IMG/VR virus record: IMGVR_UViG_3300025828_000014
Reading direction: 5' to 3' (one strand)
Source: a virus
Length of the DNA: 64,000 nt
A program made the translations under genes and the position numbers. How positions within the stretch are numbered: the first letter of the stretch is position 1; each line of letters starts with the position of its first letter. The notes under the pieces were generated by a model. It searched no databases. It saw only the letters and a program-made list of their open reading frames with translations, and had not been told where the DNA came from. This document shows, piece by piece, positions 9,693 to 20,300 of this stretch.

Positions 9693-12600
9693 TTATAGAC
9701 TTGCAATTTCTCCTGTGTTTTTAAGACGTAGTGGAATGTAGATAAATTCTACTGCTTTCACTGGTTCAATAGCAATATCTACATAAAGCTCGTTTCTGTC
9801 AATTCTTGCAGGTGTGTTGTTTGTTTCGTCACACACTACCAAGTAGTCAAAAATTGCTCTAAGTCCTACAAGTTCTACCATCAAACTTTCAACCTGTTGT
9901 TTAATTTCATCACGTGTGATTTTGTCATTTGGTTCAAAGATATATGGTTTTGCAAGTTTCTTAAGTTGGCTGCGTAGATATACTGTTAGACGTGCAACAT
10001 TGATTCTGTCTAATGCACTTGCATTAGCAGCTCTTGTTTTCTGTCCAAATACAACTAACCCAGCACCATTAATAAATGTAATTGGGTTTACTGCATTACT
10101 GTATAGTGTATCTCTTTGTCCTTCATTAAGTGCTACACTTACAAATTCGCCTTCGCTATTAACATAACCACTTGCTGTTGCGTTAGTAACACTACCACGT
10201 CTTGTGCCTGCTGGTGCAAACCATGGATACGCAACTTGGTCGTTAAGTGCAATAGTTCTTAGTGCCATGTGTGATGGTGGAACTACAACGTTGTTTCCTG
10301 CATTGTCACTTGTAAATCCACTTGGATAGTATACACCCAAATATTCATTTCTTGTAACAAGTCCGTTGTCATTGTCTTCTACTGCAAGGTTAACATTAGA
10401 ACTCCAGTTTTGTAAATCGGTTGTTGAAGATGCAAGTCTAAATGGTGAGTCACCAACAACAAATGCTGTTAAGCCTCTGTCAGTGTTAAGTGAGTTCATT
10501 TCACCAATTAGTTCTGGATATCCTGGTGCAGCAATCAAGTTAAAGTTTCTTGATTCATCATCGCGGATGTCTTCGTTGCTGTTTACACTTGCTTGTAATG
10601 CTTGCACTACAACTTTACGCTGTGCATTGCGTCCAAAGCTACCTGAACCGTCTGCATTATTTGCACTTTCTGTAACCCAACGATTTGCATGATAACCGCT
10701 CATTGAGGCATCACTTTGTCTTGGGTTTGTGCCGTTTACATCAATGTAATCACGCTCATAACGTTTTACATTGAATCCACTTCTACGTGTGTTCCAAAGT
10801 AGCATGCCTTTTGGATATAATGCTGGATCTGGAGCATCTGGATCTAAGAAGTTGTTGTCAATCAAATCTGCAATAGCACCTGCTTCGTTGCTGTTAGCAC
10901 CTGTAGTGTTGTAACGTGCATCAGCAAAAAGCACACCTGCTTCTGTTGTTTGATCAGTTTTGTCAACTAATACCCATTTACTTGTATCACCGTTATACTT
11001 GTAAATTGTAGGATAGTTTTCAAGATCTGCTGTGCTAATCCACAAGTCTCCGTTCTGTAATGCAGTTGTTCCGTCACTTTGTGTTGTTGGTTCGCTTGCA
11101 CTTACAATTGGACCGTTATCGTCAATTGCACTTGATGCTCCTGTGTTTCCGTCGCCGGCATGATCAAAGTTTCTATAACCTACCCAAGTAGTTCCGTTAT
11201 GAATCATCATATCTACTTCATCAATTACGCTGCTATACCAAAGTTGTCCTGTAGCTGGTGTTGCTGTAGGAGCAGTTGCTTTGGCTGTGTATGTAAGCAC
11301 ATTCCAATTACTTGCATTGAATTGTCTTGGTGATGTATTAGTATCTGTGCCTGGTGTAAAATAGAAATTGTTGGTTGAATTTGGATTTGTTGAATCATAC
11401 ACTGTAAACATAGTGTTTAATGGTGTGTTTGTTCCGTCAACAAATCTAATTTCGCCGCCATTTGCATGTGAAACAATAACTTGGTTTTTGCTATTTACAC
11501 TTGCACTTACATTAGCAACTCCTGCGCCGTTGATTGCTCCTGCAATTTCGTCAGCGTCTGTTGTTGCGCCAGTAAATGTCATGCTAACAGTAGTAAGTGA
11601 ACTTAGACTTGCACTTCCTGTTGAAGTTGCTTGCATTTGGAAGTTTGCAGCGCCTGCTGGGAATGTAGATGATGTGATTGCAGCACTTGTGATGCTTGTT
11701 GCACCTGATGCTGCTCTTACCATAATTTGGAAAGTTGCTTTGCCTCCTAACACATCTTCTGCAACGTTTGATCTTACATATACGCTACCTGCTGCAATTC
11801 CTGAGCCGCCGTTGCTTGAATCTAAAGCTGCAATAGCAGCATGGCTTGTTGCATACATTGGAGCACTTACTGTAGTCCATGCGTCTGCTGAAGCACTATA
11901 CTGTTTTACACTCCATTTTGCACCCAAATTTGGATCGGTTGATTTAAGCCATACGCTACCTGTTGGTGCTGGACTTGAATCACGTGTTTTCCATTCTGGA
12001 ACACTTGTATGTGGTGCATTTGCAAAACTTGTATATCTGTAAGTGCCTACAGCAATACCGCAATCAGTTAATACGTCACTTGTGGTTGACATTACAATTG
12101 TATCTACTGCTGTTGTACGCCCATCATAAAACAAATTCAATTTGTTTCCTGTTGAACTTGCACTAATACCTACTCCTGCACCGGCTGTGTTAATATCTGA
12201 AACAATTTGTGTCACAGTTGTGCCAGTTGTTGTTACTGCTGTTGCAACACCGTTAATTGTAAATGTAATTGTGCCTGTGCTAGAAGCACTTGCTCCTGCT
12301 GTTCCGCTTGCAAATGGCCAGCTTGCTCTCCAAGCATCAGAACCTACCTCTACCCAAGCACCTGAGCTATTTTTATACCATAGACGGTTTACATTGGATA
12401 CTGCAACAACAGCGTAGTCTCCAATTGCACCTACGCTTGTTTTTGGAGTGTAAGGAGCACTGCCGCTTGTTTGTGACGAATCTGTAATAATTGTTGGAAC
12501 TTTATTTGAGAAAGTTTGTCCGTTTGTTGTGGTCGCTGCTGCGCCGTTCCATTCAAACACGCCATATCTTGTATCATCTGTATCATACCACCATGCACCA

Positions 12601-12995
12601 TCTGCTGGTTTGCCTGCTGCCTCGGTCGCACTTCCTGAGATTTCATTTAAATCTAAATCTGCTCTAACTACATACGCTCTGTTTGCTACTCCTAAGAATG
12701 AGTATGCTGCCTGTAGTCCGTATTCGTTTTGTTCTCCGGCATGCACTGGGTTGTTACTTGCATCAGTTATGAAAACTGGATCCCCAAATGTTTCTGATAG
12801 TTCACGTTGTGAACTCATCAAGTAAACTTTACCTGCATTTGCTTTTGTTGTGCCCGGGGCTACACCTGTGCCTCCTGGGTTTGTCTTATCTTGTGCAGTT
12901 GCTACAAAGATAAGAGGTGTTGTGCCTGGTTCTGCTGGAGTGTAAAAACTCTCGTCTATAACGCTAACCTGAACACCTGGTGATGTTAATGCCAT
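9693..12995 (-). CDS. gp18: Contractile tail sheath protein (enlarged, 1100 aa)
   Basis: MALTSPGVQVSVID start; PWFAPAGTRRG, NPI, ALDRINVARL, FEPND, VCDETNNTP, PVKAVEFI. Confidence 0.96.
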   Translation of the reverse strand: MALTSPGVQVSVIDESFYTPAEPGTTPLIFVATAQDKTNPGGTGVAPGTTKANAGKVYLMSSQRELSETFGDPVFITDASNNPVHAGEQNEYGLQAAYSFLGVANRAYVVRADLDLNEISGSATEAAGKPADGAWWYDTDDTRYGVFEWNGAAATTTNGQTFSNKVPTIITDSSQTSGSAPYTPKTSVGAIGDYAVVAVSNVNRLWYKNSSGAWVEVGSDAWRASWPFASGTAGASASSTGTITFTINGVATAVTTTGTTVTQIVSDINTAGAGVGISASSTGNKLNLFYDGRTTAVDTIVMSTTSDVLTDCGIAVGTYRYTSFANAPHTSVPEWKTRDSSPAPTGSVWLKSTDPNLGAKWSVKQYSASADAWTTVSAPMYATSHAAIAALDSSNGGSGIAAGSVYVRSNVAEDVLGGKATFQIMVRAASGATSITSAAITSSTFPAGAANFQMQATSTGSASLSSLTTVSMTFTGATTDADEIAGAINGAGVANVSASVNSKNQVIVSHANGGEIRFVDGTNTPLNTMFTVYDSTNPNSTNNFYFTPGTDTNTSPRQFNASNWNVLTYTAKATAPTATPATGQLWYSSVIDEVDMMIHNGTTWVGYRNFDHAGDGNTGASSAIDDNGPIVSASEPTTQSDGTTALQNGDLWISTADLENYPTIYKYNGDTSKWVLVDKTDQTTEAGVLFADARYNTTGANSNEAGAIADLIDNNFLDPDAPDPALYPKGMLLWNTRRSGFNVKRYERDYIDVNGTNPRQSDASMSGYHANRWVTESANNADGSGSFGRNAQRKVVVQALQASVNSNEDIRDDESRNFNLIAAPGYPELIGEMNSLNTDRGLTAFVVGDSPFRLASSTTDLQNWSSNVNLAVEDNDNGLVTRNEYLGVYYPSGFTSDNAGNNVVVPPSHMALRTIALNDQVAYPWFAPAGTRRGSVTNATASGYVNSEGEFVSVALNEGQRDTLYSNAVNPITFINGAGLVVFGQKTRAANASALDRINVARLTVYLRSQLKKLAKPYIFEPNDKITRDEIKQQVESLMVELVGLRAIFDYLVVCDETNNTPARIDRNELYVDIAIEPVKAVEFIYIPLRLKNTGEIASL

Positions 12996-13090
12996 TTTAA
13001 TTTCTCCTCGTGGATATGTTGTTGCTATTAATATTTATCAGTATGCGGTGAAAATACCGCGATTTTAGCGGTTATATGCGTAGTTTATGC

Positions 13091-13119
13091 TTGACAATTG
13101 TAAAAAACTCTGTTATATT
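13091..13119 (+). promoter_or_regulatory. Sigma70-type (early) promoter
   Basis: TTGACA-17nt-TATATT with TG extension; GAGGAG SD follows. Confidence 0.8.
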
Positions 13120-13143
13120 AAATGATACTAAGAGGAGCATTAT

Positions 13144-13419
13144 ATGAACATTGATTATAAGTTTGACGAAAACAAATACATTGAAGAATTTTCAAAATAT
13201 ATTGATAAAACATACGATGGGCATTACAGCAGTAATAAATTTCAGTCAACAGAAGTAATCATTGATAGAGGTCACGGAACTGGCTTTTGTATGGGGAATG
13301 TTGACAAATATGCAAACCGTTATGGAAAAAAAGGAACCCGTGATGATGCTCGTAAAGATTTGTTAAAAATTTTACATTACGCACTAATACAACTTTATGT
13401 GCATGATAATGATCTTTAA
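13144..13419 (+). CDS. DUF3310-like protein (related to T7 gp1.7 nucleotide kinase)
   Basis: HY...GFCMGNVDKYANRYGKKG...DLLKILHY motif. Confidence 0.75.
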   Translation: MNIDYKFDENKYIEEFSKYIDKTYDGHYSSNKFQSTEVIIDRGHGTGFCMGNVDKYANRYGKKGTRDDARKDLLKILHYALIQLYVHDNDL

Positions 13420-14174
13420 CCTATAAGAAATCCGTAGCCTGTTCCACCAGCTAATGCTAGTGCAGCTTCAGCTTCTAGTTTTTCCATTTCACTTTGTGCT
13501 TCTGCTTTAAGACTCGCTCCATTAAGGCTAGTGCCGCCTTGAGGACCTGCGATAGTCGCAAACTTTTCACGTGCCTCTCCTAGCATATATTTACAACCAG
13601 CAAGTGTATAATCTTTGATCCATTGTTTGGCTCTATAATCGGTTAGCAATTGACTATCTGGTCTATAATTATAGCACCATAGTAACACTTCTTCGTTTGC
13701 TCTAGGACGTTGTAAAATTGTTAACAACTTTGTTGAGCTATTCCATGTAAATTCAATAAAACTACCAAACATACGTCCAACTAATTCTTGACGTTGAGCA
13801 AACAATTCATACGAAGCTAGTCCTCCTACTCCGCTGGCTGCTAACAAATAAGTGTTAGTGTAAGCTAAATTGAATGGCTCAAATAAGGAACCTCCGTCAC
13901 CACCGCCAGTGCGTGAGCCTACACTACGTCTATATATTTGTCTAACTTCTTCAACTTCGTGTGGCAATGTATAGTTGTTTTTATCTTCTTCTAATTTTAG
14001 AGAAATATAACTTTCTTCTACGCTGTGTTCTGTGCGTTGTCTATATTTTGAAAGTGCCTTAATCAAAGCACTTTCGTAATGTATAGGATCAAGTTCCACA
14101 TCGACCATGCCTCCGCCTAAGAACGCATTTACATAATCAAATATTTCTTGTTTTTGTGTTACTAAATCGGCCAT
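13416..14174 (-). CDS. gp13: Neck protein gp13-like
   Basis: LGGGMVDVELD..WIKDYTLA..KF..GPQGGTSLNG..C-terminal FLIG. Confidence 0.9.
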   Translation of the reverse strand: MADLVTQKQEIFDYVNAFLGGGMVDVELDPIHYESALIKALSKYRQRTEHSVEESYISLKLEEDKNNYTLPHEVEEVRQIYRRSVGSRTGGGDGGSLFEPFNLAYTNTYLLAASGVGGLASYELFAQRQELVGRMFGSFIEFTWNSSTKLLTILQRPRANEEVLLWCYNYRPDSQLLTDYRAKQWIKDYTLAGCKYMLGEAREKFATIAGPQGGTSLNGASLKAEAQSEMEKLEAEAALALAGGTGYGFLIG

Positions 14175-14190
14175 TGATCTTCTCCAATAG

Positions 14191-14205
14191 TATTTATGCT
14201 AAATA
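14191..14205. promoter_or_regulatory. Back-to-back late promoters for gp13 (-) and gp14 (+)
   Basis: TATTTA-tgc-TAAATA, each matching the core of the T4 late TATAAATA box. Confidence 0.75.
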
Positions 14206-14210
14206 TACAT

Positions 14211-15368
14211 ATGCCACGTTTATCATTATATAGACCAAATAAAACAAATGACTACGAATTCTTAGATAAAATTATCTATGAACAGTTTAGTATTGGCGGC
14301 ACTGATATTAATATTCACAAATATTTAGGGTCAGTCAATCCAAGCGATGTAGATGCAACTGCAACAACACCACAATACGATGCTGTAAAAGAAACAAATA
14401 TACAGGATTTGCTATTTTTAGAAAATCGTGATAGAAAATATGACACTGATGTTTATACTATGCGAGCAATTTATAATGTTGCAGACACTGATTTTAATTT
14501 AAGTCAATTTGGACTATTTTTACAAAATGATACATTGTTTATGACAATACATATTAATAGCAGCGTGAAGACTCTTGGTAGAAAAATTTTAAGTGGTGAT
14601 GTTATAGAATTTCCTCATTTAAAGGATGAATATGCACTTAATGATTATAGTGTTGCTTTAAAAAGATATTATGTAGTAGAAGATGTAAATCGTGCAGCAG
14701 AAGGTTTTTCACAAACTTGGTATCCTCATTTATATAGAGTAAAATTAAAACAAATTTATGACGGACAAGAATTTAGCGAAATTCTTGATTTGCCTGCAGG
14801 TGACGAAGAAGGAAACACATTACGTGATGTGTTAAGCACGTTTGAAACGGAAATGAATATCAATAATGCTATTGTTCAACAAGCAGATGCAGATTCAGCA
14901 AAAAGTGGATATGATACAAGTAATTTATATACATTACAAGTAGACAACACTGGAGTTCCTGAGCTTGTTACAGCAGATATTAATACGCTTGATGTATCTC
15001 AAAAAAATATACTAGCTGATAGAATAAATCAAACACCTGCTCGAGAAGGATATAAAGGTTATCTCATAGGAGATAATATTGCTCCTAATGGTGAAGCATT
15101 TGGTAGTGGTATAACTTTTCCGACATCTAGTTTTTCAGGAGACTATTTTTTAAGAACAGATATGTTTCCAAACAGACTATTTAGATATGACGGAAGTAGA
15201 TGGGTGAAAATGGAAGACGGCGTCAGAATGACATTAAGTAACACAGACGATCGTAGAACACAAAAGACCTCTTTTGTAAACAATACAACTACATCGACAA
15301 TAGGTGGTGAAAGTGTTACAGAAAGACAAAGTATAAGTAAAGCGTTAAAGCCAAAGGCAGATAACTAA
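14211..15368 (+). CDS. gp14: Neck/head-closure protein gp14-like (extended C-terminus)
   Basis: IQDLLFLENRDRKY..LSQFGLFL..GDVIEFPHL..WYPHLYRVK; likely start MPRLSL at 14211. Confidence 0.8.
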   Translation: MPRLSLYRPNKTNDYEFLDKIIYEQFSIGGTDINIHKYLGSVNPSDVDATATTPQYDAVKETNIQDLLFLENRDRKYDTDVYTMRAIYNVADTDFNLSQFGLFLQNDTLFMTIHINSSVKTLGRKILSGDVIEFPHLKDEYALNDYSVALKRYYVVEDVNRAAEGFSQTWYPHLYRVKLKQIYDGQEFSEILDLPAGDEEGNTLRDVLSTFETEMNINNAIVQQADADSAKSGYDTSNLYTLQVDNTGVPELVTADINTLDVSQKNILADRINQTPAREGYKGYLIGDNIAPNGEAFGSGITFPTSSFSGDYFLRTDMFPNRLFRYDGSRWVKMEDGVRMTLSNTDDRRTQKTSFVNNTTTSTIGGESVTERQSISKALKPKADN

Positions 15369-16858
15369 TGCAACATTTTTATGACGGACAAATTAGAAGA
15401 TATATTACACAAATTATTAGATTGTGTAGTAACTTTACATATAAAGATGGCAATGGAACAATTAAAAGTATTCCTGTCACCTACGGTGATTTAACAAGAC
15501 AAGTTGCAAATATTATTAGAGACAACAGTGAAAATAAACTGCCTAGTGTTCCACGTATGGCTGTATATATCACTAACTTAGAATTAGATAGAGAACGTTT
15601 AGCAGATGCTAGTTATGTAGAAAAAGTTAATATCAGAGAACGTGCATACGACGAAAACGGTAATGAGTATTTAAACACACAAGGCAAAAATTATACAGTT
15701 GAACGTATTATGCCTACACCTTATATGTTGAGAGTTAACTTAGATATTTGGAGCAGCAACACTGATCAAAAATTACAAATTATGGAACAAATATTAATGA
15801 TGTTTAATCCAAGTTTGGAAATACAGACAACTGATAATTATGTAGATTGGACAAGTTTGACTGCTGTATATTTAGAACAAATTAGTTTTTCTAACAGAAC
15901 ACAACCGATTGGCGTAGACAGTGAAATTGATGTAGGCACACTTTCTTTTAGCACACCTATCTTTATTTCACCACCGGCTAAAGTTAAAAAACTTGGTGTT
16001 ATTACTCAAATTGTTACAAATATATTTGACGAAACTAGAGGCACAATTAACTTAGGTGACTCATTTCCAGAACTTAGTGCATATGCAGATACTCCTGTGC
16101 CTATTAAGAAAACCACTTCAATAAATAGCGATCCAGCAACTAAAACAGATATTACAGCGACAGTATCACAAAGGTCAACAGTGGCACACAATTATAGAAA
16201 TTATGGTGTTTATATTTTAGGAACCACAGCTAGATTAATTGATAAAAATGTAGTTGGTAAAACCAATTGGAGAACAGTAATTGAATCTTATCCTGGAACA
16301 TATACAGCCGGATTAAGCCAGATACGTTTGCAGACAGCAAGTGGTAGTTTTGTAATAGGAGATATTACACTAAACAGTTTAGACGAAACGCAATTGGTTG
16401 TCAACTGGGATACAGACACTTTACCTACAGGAGATATTATTGAAGGACCTGCAAGAAATTCAAACAGCTACACAAGTTTTGATAAAATTGTTGAACCTTC
16501 GATATACAATCCAACTAATGATAAAACACCTGGACTCAGACTGCTATTGTTAGAACCATTAAATCCAAGCGAAAATGTAGGAGGAGACGTAGGTGATACT
16601 CCATATAACTATCTATATGATGGTCCAGACGCTTGGAAAAATTCCAACGGCACAGATTTTGTAGCAAATGCAAATGATGTTATTGAATGGGACGGAAGCC
16701 GTTGGCACATTGTAATTGATAGCACAGATAGCACAAATGGTATTAATCAAAGAAATTTAGCCACTAATGTTATGTATACATGGACAGGCGAAGAATGGAT
16801 ACAAAGCTACGAAGGTGAATATTCAGTAGGAACATGGGAAATATACCTTGATCCATAA
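15368..16858 (+). CDS. gp15: Tail sheath stabiliser/terminator gp15-like (extended)
   Basis: MQHFYDGQIRRY..IPVTYG..VPRMA..PTPY..QIMEQILMMFNP. Confidence 0.88.
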   Translation: MQHFYDGQIRRYITQIIRLCSNFTYKDGNGTIKSIPVTYGDLTRQVANIIRDNSENKLPSVPRMAVYITNLELDRERLADASYVEKVNIRERAYDENGNEYLNTQGKNYTVERIMPTPYMLRVNLDIWSSNTDQKLQIMEQILMMFNPSLEIQTTDNYVDWTSLTAVYLEQISFSNRTQPIGVDSEIDVGTLSFSTPIFISPPAKVKKLGVITQIVTNIFDETRGTINLGDSFPELSAYADTPVPIKKTTSINSDPATKTDITATVSQRSTVAHNYRNYGVYILGTTARLIDKNVVGKTNWRTVIESYPGTYTAGLSQIRLQTASGSFVIGDITLNSLDETQLVVNWDTDTLPTGDIIEGPARNSNSYTSFDKIVEPSIYNPTNDKTPGLRLLLLEPLNPSENVGGDVGDTPYNYLYDGPDAWKNSNGTDFVANANDVIEWDGSRWHIVIDSTDSTNGINQRNLATNVMYTWTGEEWIQSYEGEYSVGTWEIYLDP

Positions 16859-16866
16859 TTATATAT

Positions 16867-17301
16867 ATGAGTCAAATTATTTGTAGTGGTGCACTATTTT
16901 ATACATTAGATACACAAAGATTTTTATTCCTACATAGAACACAAAGTAAGAATAAAAACGTGTGGGGTCTTGTTGGTGGAACCAACGAAGACAAAGAAAC
17001 TGCTTGGGAAGGTTTACGTAGAGAAATCAGAGAAGAAATAGGCAGTATTCCTGAAATCAAAAAAACAATACCATTAGAAACATTTATAAGCAAAGACGAA
17101 AACTTTTTATTTCATACATATCTTTGTGTAATTGAAAAAGAATTTATCCCAGTTTTAAATAATGAACACAACGGCTATGCTTGGGTATCATTTAACAGTT
17201 GGCCAAAGCCTCTGCACAACGGATTAGCAAATACATTACGCAGTAAACAAAACCAACAAAAATTACAAACTGTTTTTGAACTTATTGAATTGTTCGTATA
17301 A
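16867..17301 (+). CDS. NUDIX hydrolase
   Basis: Nudix box GGTNEDKETAWEGLRREIREEIG; LNNEH..YAW. Confidence 0.92.
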   Translation: MSQIICSGALFYTLDTQRFLFLHRTQSKNKNVWGLVGGTNEDKETAWEGLRREIREEIGSIPEIKKTIPLETFISKDENFLFHTYLCVIEKEFIPVLNNEHNGYAWVSFNSWPKPLHNGLANTLRSKQNQQKLQTVFELIELFV

Positions 17302-20300
17302 CCAATCAAAGTCATTAATTTTATTTAAATAATCTAAGTTTTTCGCAGCATATTCACCGTATTTTTTGCCTTGATTAGCACCGTTAATCGCCGCATTACC
17401 AAACGGTTTATCTTTACCTCTTGTGCACCAAGCATTCAATCTAAATTCAGTTTCTTCATCTAGTTGTCCGTCAATTGCACGTGAACTTAACTTTACACAT
17501 TCTCTAAAGGCACTGCGCCATGTGCTGAATTCGTCTGTATCAAATTTTGTAATATTAGAAATCTTGTTTACTACTTTGAACAATGGACTTATACTTGTTG
17601 TCATATCAGGTTTGTTAGTATCCATATTCAATGTTAACTCTCTAGGCAATAGTTTTACAGCACCATAACCATAAATTAGTCCATTTATTGGATTTTTAGA
17701 TTTCCAAACGTGAACGGTGCGTTTGCTATCAGGATCGTAATTAGGAATGTAGTAATCAAAGTTAAAATCATCTACAATTTGTGCATCAGCATCTACTACA
17801 TAAAACATCTCAGTTTCAGCAGTTTTTGCAGCCATGATATGTGCTTGATGAATGCCTTCAATGCCATGAACTCTGTGTATTGTTTTGTCTGGAAATTGAT
17901 TTAATAATCTTTCAAAGTTTTCATCTGCACTTTTTTCATCTTTGCTAATAAACACAATATCATAAGGTTTTGGTTGACTAGCTGTAATATTGTATTCTTT
18001 TTTGTTTGCAAAAAACCGCATTTGAATTTCTCGTTCTGTAATATTAGATTTTTTGCTTACTAGTGCTACACCATCCCAAGCATTGCCATTTTTAAACACA
18101 TGATTTGTAGATCTTTCAAAATCTTGGTCATGTGAAAAATACAAGTCAAAATCAAAATTAGGTTCTATATTGACTTCTCTTGGTATAATCCAAAACATTT
18201 CTGTCTTTGACATGTTATATGCTTTTTTGTAATCGTTATATGTGTTAATTGTAAACCTATCATACACTACAGGGCCACTAGCAACAATATCCCATTCTTT
18301 ACGTCTACCTATAGTTCTATACTCAATTTCTTTTTGTGTTAACGGTGCATGTTTTGTAAACAAAAATAATCCGTTGTATTTTTCTTTACCGTTCACGCTA
18401 TGCTTAAAAGCATGGTTAATTGTTCTATCATAACTGTTGTGTATATCAATATACATGCGCATATCAAAATCTTCACGTATTTTAATATTAGGTGTAGTTC
18501 CCCAGAACATATTTGACGGTGATTCATCAAATGCATTGAGATAATCATTATATGTTTCAATATTATATACAGGAAAAGGTTTTGGTGTGCTTGCAACTAC
18601 ATCATGTTTCTTACTGTTAGCATAAAATCTATGCTCAACTTCTTGCTGTGTCACAGGAGCATGTGTTGACATAAGAGCAATGCCATCCCAAAATTTGCCA
18701 TTTTTAAACACATGATTTGTATTCCTATCAAAAACATTATCATGAGTAAAATACATTTCAAAATCAAAATCAATATCAACTTCCACATCACTAGGTATAG
18801 CCCAAAACATTTCAGTTGTTGCACTGTCCATTGCAGACAAGTAGTCAGTGTAGTTGTTTACTACAAATCTTTCGTATTTTACAGGTATACTAGCAACCAC
18901 AGGCCAATTTTTTGCTTTTACTAAATGTCTGTGTTCAATTTCTTTTTCTGTAACAGGTGCGTGTTTGCTGAACAAAAACAAACCGTTTCTATATCCTTTG
19001 TCATTAACTTCATGTAAAAATGTATGGTTAATTTTTCTATCGTATTCATTATCGTGAGAGAAATAATAATCAAAATCAAAAATACTTGTATCAATGTTAT
19101 TTGATAATCCCCAGAACATTTCTGTATCGCTTGCTTTTAAAGCATCTAAGTATTGACCATATGTTTCAATAACAAATTCATCATACATACATTCTTTACT
19201 GGCAACTATATCCCAATGTTTTGCATCAACTATATGTCTATATTCGATTTCTTTTTGTGTTACTGGTTTGTGTTTGCTTAATAAAAATACACCATTATAC
19301 AATTGCATTCCTTTTACTTCATGTATAAATGCATGATTTGTAAATCTATCAAATCTATTGGTATGGTCAAAATGTAAATCAAAATCCCAGTTATCAGTGT
19401 TAATGTTTCTACTTACCGCAAAAAATAATTCAGTAACACTTTTTTCCATTGCTTCTAAATATTCATCGTATGTATCTATAAAGTGTATATCATACTGAGC
19501 ATATCTGCTTGCAACAACTTTCCATTCTTTTACATTTAAAATGTGTCTGTGTTCAATTTCTTTTTCAGTCACAGGAGATTTTTTACTAAACAAAAAATAT
19601 CCATTGTAATTTACACTGTCAAATCCTTGATTGAGAAATGCATGATTTATACTTCTATCATATTTGTTATCGTGTGTAAAACTCAATGTAAAATCAAAAT
19701 CTTCGTCATCTTCTAAATTACTACACACTCCCCAGAACATTTCGGTTTTGCTGTGCGTAAACGCATACAAATAATCGCTGTATGTGTCAATGATAAATTT
19801 ATCATACTTTACAGGAAAACTTCCTACAACACTATGCTGTTTGACATTAACAAGATGCCTATGCTCAACTTCTTTTTGTGTTAAAGGGCTGTGTTTACTA
19901 CATAAAAATAATCCATTATACAAACAACCAGCATGATCATCTACTTTGTGTAAAAATGCATGATTGATATTCCTGTCATATGTATTGCTATGTTCTAACA
20001 CAAAATCAAAATCAAAACCACTTGTATTGATATTTCGACTGCTCATCCAAAACATTTCTGTCCTTGAAGTTTTAAGTGCAGTTACATATTCGTCGTAATC
20101 GTCAATTTGAAAATATTCATAAGGTGCAGGCACACTCATAATTGTGTTGTGCTCTTTCCTGTTTACAGGATGTCTATGTGATATTTCATTTTCAGTTAAT
20201 TTTATACTTTTAGGAACTAACATAAGCCCATTAAAATTTGAAATACCATCGTGGTCGTGCTCAAACACATGAACTTGATTTCTGTCTATGATATCATGAT

